This document shows, one piece after another, positions 11,843-24,277 of a stretch of 64,000 nucleotides of DNA. Position 1 is the first letter of the stretch. Each line of letters opens with the position of its first letter. Both the position numbers and the translations under genes were made by a program. The DNA is from Eutreptiella sp. 'Long Island Sound 2002' (Eukaryota > Protista > Euglenida). Location: contig OZ038378.1 in the NCBI GenBank assembly GCA_964036045.1, forward strand, positions 170,624,001-170,688,000, in the 5' to 3' direction. The notes beneath the pieces are model-generated. The model worked only from the letters and a program-made list of their open reading frames with translations. It made no database searches and was not told the origin of the DNA.

Positions 11843-13959
11843 TTCATGGTCGTTTTGTGCATGCTATGCCTGCGTTGTGCATCTCATATGTGCATGTGCC
11901 GCAGGTTGCTTGAAATCCCTGCAAGACCATTCGCTCCGATAGGTTCCAAGGCGGTTGGTTATCCATCGTTCGCTCAGCCTTGCAACCGGAAAGTCAAGCA
12001 GCTCAACCCCAAGCAGGGGACCCCCCTCCCATATTTCCACAACCAACAGCATTGCATCGTTCGCGCAAACCAATGACACGGTCTCGGGACTGAGTTGTAA
12101 GGAACACGGCTGAGGGGTACATCAAATGGGTGATGGGATGGACCCAAGCCAGATCTGCCTCCTGGAGGTGCCCGGAGTCTACAACGCAATATTCCACAAC
12201 AGGTGCGCATCACCAATCAGCCAGGTAAACCGCACCAGTGAGAATTCAACGACCCGCCGATCTAACAAGCAGCACAACATGAAGAAGGGCACACACAAAC
12301 GGTGTGGCGCCGCCGGCATAGGCATTGTAGACTCGTGTCTTCGCACCGTAATTATATCTTTGTTCCTTTGTTTTGTTCGGTGTGGGGCTCCAAGGTGCTT
12401 TGTGGTCCAGGGATAGTGGTTTCATGCGCCATCTCTCATTTTGCCCCATTTTGCCCTATTTTGCCCCATTTTGCCAGAGGGGCTTTTGGAACAATGACCG
12501 GAGGGCACAAAAGCCTGGGATGCGTAGGATACTTCGGATGCTGGATAGACAGCAAACAAAAAAGAGCAATCAGCAGCAGTCCAAGCACCGTGCATCACGT
12601 GCAACGAAGAAACATTCAATGCCGCATAGCCCTGGCACCCAGAAACAAGAAGCATGCCCCGGCAATGCCCAGGACACACATACAATGAGGCTGCAGTGTG
12701 CGCTGGGGTTGCTGTGTGCACATGCAGAGACCCACAAATGAAATCCCCAACAACAGGGCCCTTTTGCCTGCTACCCTCAGAAATAGCCGAAGCACGTGCA
12801 ATTGGAGGCAGTGAGGCACAATCAAGGACGATACCGATAGACTGAATGCCCCCGCCTTGAGACACTTTCAGCCACCAGATCACATCTCTCAATGTTGCAA
12901 GCACACAGACACACACCCATGTCCAAGCCACGGATGCTGCCAGAGACTCTGGAGGGTGACCATCGTCGATTTATTATATGGCCAACCTACGCCTCCAGCG
13001 CCGTACTCATGACAATGCACTGTGAGAATTCCGCCGACAACCATCGTTGCTTGATGGCCAACCTACGGATGCCGGAGGGATGTTGACCACCGTCATCGAT
13101 TTACGGCTGAGCTACGGTCTTGCCCAAGCCGCAGCAGGCGTAAGGGATCGGATTAACTTGGGGCCTAATTTAAGGTGGTACCGATTTTGCTACAACCGCA
13201 TAAGACGAGGGTTGGGGGTTAAACTGTGGGGCTGAGGGACTCCTTCATTGCCATGTGCGTGTAAGCTACAGTAGGCGCCGTGACCCTGGCAGGGAGGGCA
13301 GCTGCACGAGAGGTGCGCCCAGAGGACCAAACAATACATGTCGGCGGCTCCGCTGCCTTACCGGAACTGTGGCCACGAGCCGCGTTTGAACTGATTTGTG
13401 GCCGCGGCTCCGCCGCATTTCCCGGACGAGTGGACAGTATTGTTGCCGGTGTGATGCCGGAGGGTGACGCGGGACCGTATACTTTTTCGTGGCGTGGACA
13501 TGGGAGGGGGGGGTATGTGGGTCCATTTCCTTGCATGCCATGAACAGTTGAGGGGTGGTCACCGAGGCACTTCATCGATGCGACCGATTCCTGTTTCTGA
13601 GCCATGGTACCGCAAGTGGGCCTGCCCCCGGGGGTGGGCGACATCGGACGGTGGCTCAGCCTGTTCCTCGCGACCCGCGTCCCCATGAGCGCGAAGGCGG
13701 GCACTCCTTCGGCCATACCAGTGCTGAGGCGGTGTGAGACGGGGTGTATGGGAAGAGATGGATGCGCACGCCCAAAATACGCGTGGCAGTCTTGTTCGGA
13801 CCAAGGGAAAGGGGGTCTGGGGTCCAGCGTTGTGGGGCAGTCGGACAGGACCACTGCACTGCACAGCCCCCCGCACGGATCCCACACACCGCGCCCCTCA
13901 CCGCGCACACCGCACACCACTGCACCGCGCACTCTTCGTGTGCTGCTCCTGCCCGATCG

Positions 13960-13980
13960 TTTTGAGTGTCTACCTTTTTG
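13960..13980 (+). other. Degenerate spliced-leader relic just upstream of the GH start codon
   Basis: TTTTGAGTGTCTACCTTTTTG compared with SL TTTCTGAGTGTCTATTTTTTTTCG: exact TGAGTGTCTA core plus a T-run, 8 nt before ATG 13989. Confidence 0.65.
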
Positions 13981-13988
13981 TGCGCGCG

Positions 13989-14726
13989 ATGGACAGAGCA
14001 CCAACTCTGGCGGTGCTCATCTATCTGCTGCTGCACGGCGTGGGCAGTTCCGGCAGCGCTACGACGTCCGGCCGCGGCCTGCTCCTGGACGGCACCCCGC
14101 GGTGGATGAAGGGCGTGACCTGGAATCCGGTCGCGGCGGGCGGCACCCACCCGGCGGACGTCGATTTCAGCGGCTTTGTGGCGCAGGACGCGGCGCTGAT
14201 GCGGGCCGCCGGCGTGAACGTGGTGCGCAACTATGAGCCGCTGCGCAACCCCAAAGTGCTGGACGTGCTGGCGGAGCACGGCATCTCGCTGATCGCGTCG
14301 GTGTACCCCTGGGGCGGCGCGGCCGTCACCGCCGTCGACGACATCGTCGCCGCCACGAAGGACCACCCCGCCGTCCTGATGTGGTACATCGGGAACGAAT
14401 GGAACTACAACGGGCTGTACGTGGGGCTCGATCTCAACGCCTCCACGGCGCGCGTCGCCGAGGTCGCCCGCCGCGTCAAGGCGCTCGACCCCTCGCGCCC
14501 GGTCGCGACCGTCTACGGGGAGATCCCCGACGTCGCGACGTTCGCGGCGCTCGCGGAGCCCATCGACCTGTGGGGCCTGAACGTGTACCACGGGGGCAGC
14601 TTCGGCAGCCTGTTCGACGACTGGCTGGTGCGGTCCGCGGGCACACCGCGGCCGATGTTCATCGCCGAGTACGGCGCTGACGCGTGGGACTCGCGTGGGG
14701 AGGGCAAGTACAATCCGCAGGCGCAA
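13989..14726 (+). CDS. Secreted clan GH-A glycoside hydrolase (GH2-like TIM barrel), exon 1 of 2
   Basis: Signal-peptide-like MDRAPTLAVLIYLLLHGVGSS. KGVTWNP, GVNVVRNYE, acid/base motif IGNEWNY and nucleophile motif IAEYGAD are present. Strong GC3 bias. GT donor at 14727, phase 0. Confidence 0.88.
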
Positions 14727-15911
14727 GTACTACACCCGTCCTCCCTCCCCTGCCCTAAACCCTCCCTCAAGGCCATCAGCGCGACGTGTCATTGCCCCCC
14801 CCCTACGAACCCCCTTTTTTTCGGCCGACAGTTGGGGGGATGGGACGCAGCGGTCCTCCCCCACTCCTCCATTTCAGCGGAGAAGGGGCCATAGCGATTG
14901 TGGGGTGGCTCCAGCAGGAACAGGCCTCGATATGAACCGGAGTACACAGGCCCCCCGGGCCCTCTTCTGTCAAGCTCCCCATAAGAAGCGCCGATGGACG
15001 GGTGAGTGGGGGATGCCATTCGTCCCCAGGCCCCGGGACGGCATCGTGTTACGCAAACCCGGATACCCGAGGCTGAGGCGGAGCAGTCTGAGTTGGTGTT
15101 CTTCCCGCGGCCAAGTGGCCAGCAAGGCCTGGGCCACATCCGTTTCCCCGAGTATAGTCTGCAGACCCTCTGCATCGGCGGTGTGCAACGGGCACATGTG
15201 GTTGACACACGTTAATGCACATGATAACGCGCACGTTAATGTTAAGGCGTGCCTCAATGTAAACGCGGTCAGGCACATGTGAAGGCGCCAGAGAGGGAAC
15301 GTTAGCGCGCAAGGCAAATTTTCCCCCTATTTTCCCCCGGTCTCCCTTATCTCCCCGGTTCTCATTTATGGTGCATCCATTTATTCATGTCTCAGACAGA
15401 GAAGTGTTCAGAGGCTGAGTGGTGCAAGAGTGGACCAAGTTCGCGGCCTACTGAACCGTGTAGTACAGGAAAGCAATAGTGTGTCATTTGTACTTGGGGT
15501 TCCTGGGCTCGAGGAGGGAGTAATGTTTGGGGTAAAGCATTGGGATGGACGGTTGGAACATCATAGCCTCTAAGTGCCTCAGAGTGGCAGCCCCAAAACT
15601 CCGTGGGCACCCAGAGGGACGTCCCTGAGGGGTCCACACCACTCCCCACATGGTACATCCGACCCCGAGTCATGCGTGCTGGTGACTGCACCCACCAATG
15701 CACCAGTAGACAACTTGCTAGCACGGGTGCACGAGGAGAGATTTGGATGCCGGGCGCATGGGGCAAACGTTACCTCAAGGCGCGCCCGACCATGTGTATG
15801 TTCATGCCCCCCCACCCTCCCCCTCTGCTGCCCCCCTCGCACCTCCTCCGGCGCCCCCTCCTGTTCCATCCCGCGCCCCATGTCACAGCCGCCGCCCCGC
15901 ATTCACCGCAG

Positions 15912-16298
15912 GCGCATGCCACAACGGCCCTCGCCGCGGAGATCGCCGCGCGGCCCGACGCATGCGTGGGCGGCATCATCTTTGAGCTGGCGGACGAGTG
16001 GTGGAAGGACCAGGCCGGCGCGCCGGACGTGCACGACGTTGGCGGCATCGCCCCCGGCTCGGGCCCCCCACCGGACGACGTGTTCAACGAGGAATGGTGG
16101 GGGCTGGTCGATGTCAATCGCACGCCGCGGCTCGCGTACTACGCGTACGCCGCGACACCCAATGCCACCGCGTCGCCCTCACCCCGGCACTCGCCCCCGG
16201 CGACGGGGGGGTCTGCGGCCTCGGTTCGGAGTCCCGTGCGGTGGCGGTGGAGCGCAACGGCATTCGGGCTGCTACTGCTGCTGTTGACGCATTGCTGA
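15912..16298 (+). CDS. GH2-like glycoside hydrolase, exon 2 of 2, with GPI-signal-like C-terminus
   Basis: AG acceptor at 15910-15911 in frame. GGIIFELADEWWK and FNEEWWGLV complete the barrel, followed by a Ser/Pro/Thr linker and hydrophobic tail AFGLLLLLLTHC*. Spliced product is 374 aa; intron 14727-15911. Confidence 0.85.
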   Translation, partial: AHATTALAAEIAARPDACVGGIIFELADEWWKDQAGAPDVHDVGGIAPGSGPPPDDVFNEEWWGLVDVNRTPRLAYYAYAATPNATASPSPRHSPPATGGSAASVRSPVRWRWSATAFGLLLLLLTHC

Positions 16299-18221
16299 TG
16301 CGGCTCCGGGCTCAACTCCATGGAAGTCCTGGATGTTTCTTTTTTTTCCTTCCTCTCGGGACGGCCTATGTGGCAGGAATCGTTGACCGATGGCCAACCG
16401 ACGCCGGTTGGCCGGGACCGCGATGCCGCGTATCAGACTCGCCACGAGCGTCCGGCACATAAGACGTGATCAGGAGGAGCCGGATCCTACTGAGTCGGAC
16501 ACGGCCCCAGCTGGTTCCTACTTGAGTGTCAGATGTGCCAAGAGCGGATCTTACTGAGTGACACACTGGTACTGGGCTGATTCTGAGCGAAACTCAGTTC
16601 CCCTGCCGGTGACCGGTGACAACAGGTTCTCGTCGGCTGGCGCTTTGTTGAGGTCCGGACGTGCCGGAGGCCATTCTGCCGACTTGTGGGCCACTGCATA
16701 TTTTTTGACCACTCTAAAGCGTTGGGGAGCCCCACGGAAGGGGTTATGCAGCCAATCTGCCCATTTATGCGCCACTGCGGATTTTGTGCCGGTGATTTTG
16801 TCCCGCATTGTGAAGCGTAGGGGACCCCCGAGACCGCACGGTTCTGTAGCCAATGTGCCCATTTGCAGGCCGGCTTGTTTTGTTTTTGAGGACAACTCCG
16901 CTGAGCTCTGGTTTCTTCTTTCATATTTTGCTCTGCTTTGGTTTGCTGCGTTGTGATTGACTATGCCATGCCATACTCTGCTACGCCCTGTGCTTTGGTC
17001 TGCGATGTTATGTCATGCCACGCTCTGCCCTGCGTAGCACAGTACACCAGAGCACAGGGCGTGGCATGGCAGAGCAGAACACAGCAGAGCACGCGGCAGC
17101 GCCGCATGGCGCGACATCACATGGCAGCCCAACACGGGGCAAAGCTCTCCTGGCCCTCGGAAATGGTCCAAAGCGCCTCGAGGAATTCTGGTGCACTGGG
17201 AGAACCACTTCAGATGTTATCGCGGTTTTGAGGCATTGCCGGTGCTGAGGCAGAGCGGGGCAGAGCAGAGCTGAGGTAGCAGAGTCCTTTGCGGGGTCCA
17301 GCGCAGGCCTGGGGACACGAGGGCTGCTGGTACAATGAGAACATTGCCTTTGGGTATCATTTCCGGGGCTGGGCATCAACTGCACCACCCGTGAACCTTT
17401 GATCGGACCCTCCTACGCAGCGCCTGCACCCTCCCAAACAGAAAGGCGCCAGCCATCATGTTTATGCGACTGTTCTTCTGCGCTAATTTGAACCAGCGGC
17501 GGAGGGCGGGGGGGGGGGGGGGGTATGCTGGCTTGGCCAGGGGCACCGTGCCCTCCTTGATTTCCATCCCTAGTGCAGCCGCAGTCCCTCCGACCCGCCG
17601 ATTCCGGGCGGGTTGTAACCGCGGGTCAACGTCTCGATGATATTGCCAACAACATGTTGGCAATATCATCGATTTGTTCACTCGGTTACTCGCGATTGCA
17701 ATTTTCCCCTCGGGAGGGGGCGTAGAACGGATGCCTTGTCCCCACGGGCTCTGGGATGGGCTGGGGCAGAGGTGCTAAGGCCCGGGCCACGGACAGTTCA
17801 GTGGCGACCGCACCAGCCTCTGGAGGGGGGCGTCACTTAAAGTCGTCCCGGAGTGACTGGATCGAACAGGCACTGGCTGCGAGCGACTCTCCTCCCCTCA
17901 ATCAAGAGGGGGGACGCCACACGAGGCATCGGGGCACAGGGGAGGCTGCTGATTGGGTGCCGGCCAGCGCGCAGTCGTCCGAGACGCCATCGCCCTCCCC
18001 CTGCACGACCCCTGGGCCTGAAAATCGGCCGCCAAATCCCATCCAAATCCGTGGCAGCACCTGTTCTTATCGCAACCTCCTGCCCAGTCCGGACAGCACT
18101 GATCAGTGGTCTGTCAATCCCGGTCAATGCGGTTGGCATCGCGGGCGCCTCCGCCTACAGCGGCCGGTATCTCCCAGCCGCTGGCCACGGCTGCCGCGCC
18201 CTCGAAGGGGGGCATCGCTGA

Positions 18222-18342
18222 GAAGTTGTGCGCAAAGTCGACCCGCTTTCCGGTCCGTACGTCAGGGAATGTGTGCGCACGGGGTGCGCAGAAATTCCCC
18301 GGTGCACGGACCGGAAAGCGGGTCAACTTTGCGCACAACTTC
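18222..18342. repeat. 121-bp fold-back element
   Basis: Arms 18222-18258 and 18306-18342 are reverse complements over 37 nt with one mismatch; the inner segment also pairs imperfectly. Confidence 0.85.
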
Positions 18343-20406
18343 GCGGCTGTGCCCACCGGACTCTGGAGGGGGAGGCGGCGGAGGGTTGTGCAGAGACGGC
18401 GAGATAAAGAAAGGGCAAGAGAGGGAGAGAGCACAGCATCGGCCAGCTCATGAAATGTAGACCTACCGGACATCGGTTTGCAGGCGAAAGAGACAAGGCA
18501 ACCGAATCCGGTTGGCAGTGGGCATCGTCACCGCGACATGATGTTGGAACTTGCACAGCCATGCCCCCCACCTCCCCGGCCCGGTGGGCGTTCAGGGTCA
18601 CCATAGTGCAGGAGCCATTGATGATGTTGTGGGGCCTGGTCCTCCCGTTTTTCAACGCTCGGGGCTGATTGCGATGCCCGGAAGACGGGCGTAGCCCCCC
18701 CCCCCCCCCCCTGCAGGCCATCTGTTTTTAATTAGGTCACACACACCCTGCAGGCCATACGTCACAGGGAGATCCATGCCCCTGCACAGGCCAAGGCCCA
18801 TGCCTACATCAATGCCCATGCCTCGGCCCATTTCTTCAGTGGGCCCTCTTCTGCCCTCGAAATGAAGACGGGCAGGAGCAGTTGGCAGAGGTAACTTCGG
18901 GTGCGGGCCCTGGGCACAGTGCAGCAGGTTTTGCATCAGAAACCCTCATCTTCTTTGATCTGTGGGTCTCATCTGCGGCACAGATGAGTGTGCGAGACAC
19001 CGCAGACATCAAACGCAGCTGTTGCTGGTTGGTCCACTGGGTGGCCACAGCATGATTTGTGCGGCAGGCGCAACTACTTGTGCACCCGTTCTGCAGATTT
19101 AGTGGCCCATGCCTCCCCATGCCCCTACCCCATGCCCCTACCCCATGCCTCTACCCCAAGCCTCTAACCTATTACCCCATGATTCTACTCCATGGCTCTA
19201 TCCCGTGACTGTACCCCGTGACACTCCCCCATCAATGATTCACCTTTTCTAGCGGCCCCTGCTGCAGTGGCTTTGCCACTGTATACGGATCACCAACTGC
19301 ATCGAATCGTCAGCGATTTGTAGCACCCCATACAGTTCTTGTGCGCAACGGATGAGATTTCAATGTCTGGCCCTCTTTTCAGTGAGTTCTTGGGGTTGCT
19401 CTGAGGGGGGCGGCAGTTTCTCGGTGCATCTTAAAGGTGCCAGATTCTGGGATCCAAGGAGAGGGTCTCACCGCCCAGACGGATTCATGCACACACATGT
19501 CCGAACACTCATGTCGTGTCGTTACTGACCGCCTAATCCGGTCCTATGACGGAGCACTGTGGCGGCACATTCTACGGACAAATAAAAATCAGATCAAGGT
19601 TGTCATCCTCAGCGCTAAGTGTATTTCATGCCCCTTCCTTGTCTCATTCCTTGTCCCTTCCTTTCTTGTTTTATGCTAATCTTTACTTGTAATTTATCCT
19701 CTTGTATTCTGACACCCAACCCCCTTATGAGCTTGTCCAAACATGGTGACCCCTTGTTTCTGCACTTTTGCCCCCCAAGCCCGTGTTTGGAGGGGGGGAG
19801 GAGGGGGTACACGTCCAAAAAGAGTTCTATGCGGAGCCTTTGAATTAATGCACCATTTTCATTTTCTGTTGGCCATGGAATTGAGGGCCTCCACTTTTGA
19901 AGAAGTGTGCTATTGGCCATGCATTTGTGTTGTGCCTTCATGATGCTTGTGTCTCAATGCTCATGCATACCAATTTTTGCATGCGGTATCTCCAGGGGGC
20001 GGGAGGTTGTCACGTGGCAACCGTCCCCAAGGGAGGGAGAGCGGCATGCATGTACACTCAACTACTAAACTGCTCGAGTGCTGAAAATTGCCGTATGTGC
20101 ATACCAGGACGTGCATGTGTGGAATGCCTTTTTACCTGCATGTGATGAGGTTTGAGCATCCTGCTGCCTGAAATACACCACCACACTTTGTCTTCAATTT
20201 CGTGAAAATTATTGTGGAAAGTGCATTGACCCACACATTTGTGGACCAAACTGTTTACAAGGCACAACACATGTCACACTTGTTGTGCAAAGGGAATTCA
20301 TAGTTTTGATCTTATGTTGCGTGCTTTGTGGGGAAGGGTCACCAAGGTGGTGGAAGTGGTAAGGTTTTACAACCCTTTGTACAATCCACGGTGAAGCTAC
20401 CCTTTT

Positions 20407-20439
<33 letters not shown>

Positions 20440-22977
20440 CAAGCAAGCAAGCACACGCAAATTGGGCAAAAGTCACAACTCCGCTCTGGTGGTTCAAATG
20501 TGGCTGAAAATTTGGTGGGTGGTGCCTACAGGTATGCAGTACAAGCACACAAAGGTGGAGCAAAACTCAAATAGCAGCTGGGAACAGGCGTCGCAAGTTG
20601 CAGAGTGGAGCCATTTCCATGCTACCACCACCCGCCACTGCCCCATTGGTACCAACGAGTGGTGCACCGCACGCACGTGCTAGGGTAGGATCACCGAGCT
20701 AGTGCAACCAGTAAGGTTTTATAACCCTATTTAGCGACAAGGGTGGAGCTACCCCTTTTAGCAAGCAGCAGCAGCAGCAGCAGCAAGCAGCACTGGCAGC
20801 AGCAAGCAGCAGTAGCAACAACAACAAGCACACGCAATATGGGCAAAAATCAGATCTCCATCATGGTGGTTCAGATTTGGCTCAAATTTTGGTGGATGAT
20901 ACCTATGGGTATGTAGTACAGACACACTAAGTTGGAGCACAAAATTAAACAGTGGCAGCCGGGAACAGATGTCGCAAGGACCCATAGGGAACCTCCACTA
21001 ACCCTACCCGAGCATTTGTGTGCAGTGCAATACTACTTGGTGCCCCTGGGGCATTGAAGGGTGTTGGTATCGTGGAAACAGCTTGCAAGAAATCCAATCT
21101 ATCACTTCTTATCACTACCAGGCTGCCCAAGGCAGTAAATGGCAATCAAACACATCAAAGGGACTTATATAGGGGCACTTGCAAGGCTAATTTGGGCCAT
21201 ATCTTTGGCCTTTTGAAAAGCTTTTTGGGAATCTGCATGGGTTCATATGGGTCAAAAACGACTCTAAACAGCTCCAGACCACTTCTTCGAGCACCCTGAG
21301 TGGTCTGGGAACAACTTTGGGGGAAATCATTATGGACCACTTTTTGACCCACATATGACCCCCGTTACCTCTACCTACCCTGGCACATGTGTGCAGTGCA
21401 TGACTTGCTGTCGCCCATGATGCATTGAAAGGTGTGGATGGTGCGGAAATAGCTTGCAAGCGCACACTTGAAAAAGTATGCAAAAAAGTGCGCTTCAAGG
21501 CTGATTTTGCGGTATTTTGACCCCCAAAACGGTTCATAGAGCCCAAAGGAGTCCTTGAGGCCATCAGTTGCCCGCAAGAGCTATCACACATTGCCGCAAG
21601 GTGTTTGTTCACCATTTACATTGGCTCCAATGCAAATGGTCCCCTCCACGGACATCATAGGCACCCTAGATGCCTCCCAAATGGCCATTTTTGGCCAATT
21701 TTGACATATTTTGAAACGTGGGTCCGCAACTCCTGCCACGGTCCAAAACAATTTTTTGCAAAAGTTGTTGCCAAACCACTTGGGGCATTCAAACAATTGG
21801 TTTGAGGTATGCTGGGCCATTTTCGCCCTATATTAGCCATGCAAGTTCCCTAAAAGCCTTCAAACGGGCCATTTTGGGACCGAAAGGTGGGCAAAAAGAG
21901 GTCCAAAACACATGTTTCCAAAAGTGACACTAGATCATGTGGGACGCTCAAACACTTGGATTTAACCCTTTTCGGGTACCATTGAGCTGCTTTTCCCTTT
22001 GTGGGGCCCCACTGACCCGTGTACCTCATGTTTAGTGGGGGTCGCTTGTGGGTCAAAGTATGGTCTAAAATCCATTTTTTCCCAAGTTGTTCCTAGACCA
22101 TCCAGGGTTTTGAAACAAGTGGTTTTGGGCTATTTCAAGGTGTTTTCGACCCATGTTAGTCCATACAAGTTCCCACAAATCCCTCGAAAAGGGCCAAGGA
22201 TGGCCAACATTAGCCTTGAAAGTGATCTTTTATCCGTTATGCCTTCTTTCATTGTGTTTGATTGCCATGTCTTACTTTAGGCACCCTTGCCATGCCCCCC
22301 CCCCCCTTGCCAATGCCCCCCCCCCCCCGGATTGAAGAATCATCCCCCCCCCCCCCCCCTCTGCCAATGGCCCCCCTTTCGGGAACGAAGAATCTTGGCC
22401 CCCAAGGGTTTTTTGTTGAAGAATTCCATGTTTTGGACATACAAGATTATTTTGGTCATGAAGCAGAAGAATATCATGGATGGAAGTGCTAGTGGTCTCT
22501 GTTTGAACAATATTGCATATTGTGTGTTGCCCATCCAGGAGCTGCCTGGGCTTGGGGACTTCCAAACCCTGAAGAGCTGAGGTGTCTGAGCAATTGTTTG
22601 GATGCATCCCTTCTAGGGCGCACATGTTTTGAATAGTTGTAGGTCTCACTTCCTTTCATTTTTTGGCTACTCACCTGTCATGCATACAAAGCACTCTCTA
22701 GTTATCAGCATCCCTAGGCAGCCCCTATATGGGCAACAACAAGATGCACGGGCGAGAAAATGCTCACATGCCGGTTTTTTTGGAAAATTTTTGATAATTC
22801 TCGGAGCCAATGGCCCCGCCTCCGACATGCTAATGGCCCCCACACCCGGAAAGAAGAATCATGGCCCCCCCTATCAATGGCCCCCCCTTTCAGGAAAGAA
22901 GAATCTTGGCCCGGGCCATTCGCAAGGGGGGGGGGGGATGGTATGATGATAAAGAATGATGAATGGGAACGCTTGCA

Positions 22978-23177
22978 ACGTGGCGGTTTTGGCGGTTATG
23001 GCGTGGCGGTTTTGCCTACCGCATCAGAGAGCCCTCTGGTATACGCATGTGAACTCTGGGTCTTTGCCATGTGCCCCGCGTTGCGGGGATCCACTGTATC
23101 ATATGCTGGAGACGCCCACTTTCCCAAGCAAAGTCTTGAGTACTCTTTGAACTTCTGGAGTCAGTGAAAAAAAAAAA
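22978..23177 (+). mobile_element. Poly(A)-tailed SINE-like retroposon, copy 1
   Basis: Ends in A11. Flanked by the 17-bp duplication GAATGGGAAC(G/A)CTTGCA (22961-22977 and 23178-23194). Near-identical to 46053-46231. Confidence 0.85.
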
Positions 23178-23493
23178 GAATGGGAACACTTGCATCGTAT
23201 TTTTGCTCCACCAACACCCTTCAATGCCCCTTTGGCACCAGGGGGTGGTACACTGCACACACGTGCTGGGGTAGGGTTAGCCGGGGTCATCTATGGGTCA
23301 ACACCAATGGACAACAGGGCAGAGTATGGGAATTTGAGTCTGACCCTACTCAACAAATTAGGGCCTCCCTGCTCAACCCATTATGCCTATGTGGTGGAGT
23401 TGTGTCAGGAACCAAGAGAGCCCACCCCCTGCACATGCTTCACATGTGCATTTCTCTTAGATCACTCCTTTTGTCAAACAGCAGGTCGCTGGG

Positions 23494-23823
23494 ATGGATT
23501 GGGCATGCCATAACTGTATCGTCCCAAAAACTCCAAGGGGCATTGCAGCGGCTGCCAAAGAGCAGAGTGGCCAACACCGTGTCTCTGTTTCTGTGCGCAT
23601 ACGGCCGAGGAATGACGCAGAGCAGCATAGAGGTGACGAAGTCGCCATCACCAATAGCGGCTGGGACAAAGTTGAGGTGGAGCGGCCTGGGACCAATCCT
23701 CGGATGTACACGTTTGACCACGTGTTCACACAAGGCCAAGAGGAGATCTACGACTGCATTGGAAAGCGCATGCTCCAAAACGCATACGAGGGCTACAATG
23801 TCACGCTATTTGCATACGGGCAG
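23494..23823 (+). CDS. Kinesin motor protein (kinesin-3-like, C2-like tail), exon 1 of 5
   Basis: RVSVSVRIRP, YTFDHVF and GYNVTLFAYGQ motifs; CAG|GT donor at 23824. The start codon is the least certain part, as an upstream exon is possible. Confidence 0.9.
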
Positions 23824-23984
23824 GTGCACGGGTTCACGTGTCCGCGTGCCTTTGTTGTCCAGACCGGGTACCTTGTGGTTCTTGTTTCCCTCAATTTGTC
23901 TGCATGCATGCGTGCATGGGGTGTGTGTGTTTGTGTGTGTGTGAGTGTCTGTGTGTCTGTGTGTCTGTGTGTCTCTGTGTGTGG

Positions 23985-24017
<33 letters not shown>

Positions 24018-24021
24018 TGCA

Positions 24022-24093
<72 letters not shown>

Positions 24094-24140
24094 TGTCTCC
24101 ATACACATACATAGCACTCTTGTGTTCCCTGTCACATCAG

Positions 24141-24277
24141 AAAGGCGCCTAGCCTTCAAACAACCATGACTGCTTTGTTTTGATTGGCCTGACGAGTTGT
24201 TTACGACCAGTGCCCTGCCCTGCCTGCCTGTCGATCCGCAGTGGGTTGGTTGCTTGGTTATTTGGTCACCTCACGCC
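24141..24277 (+). mobile_element. Short non-coding element directly preceded by a splice-acceptor-like CAG (unprocessed form)
   Basis: Pyrimidine-rich CTCTTGTGTTCCCTGTCACATCAG|AAAGGCGCCTAGCC. Shares AAAGGCGCCTAGCC, GGCCTGACGAG, AGTGCCCTG and CAGTGGGTT with 25008-25124. Confidence 0.7.

Noticed and set aside
13280-13740. Protein-like GC-rich frames upstream of the GH gene
   Set aside because: No recognisable domain and no consistent splice path.
14721-15911. GC-AG version of the GH intron (donor at 14721)
   Set aside because: It is possible because of the junction repeat, but a canonical GT lies 6 nt downstream in the same phase. RNA-seq would decide.
23451-23474. SL relic upstream of the kinesin ATG (TTTCT..CCTTTTTG)
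   Set aside because: The central GAGTGTCTA core is not matched; it is indistinguishable from a polypyrimidine tract.
24186-24225. Hammerhead ribozyme suggested by CTGACGAG plus a stem
   Set aside because: The required GAAA after stem II is missing in all three copies.
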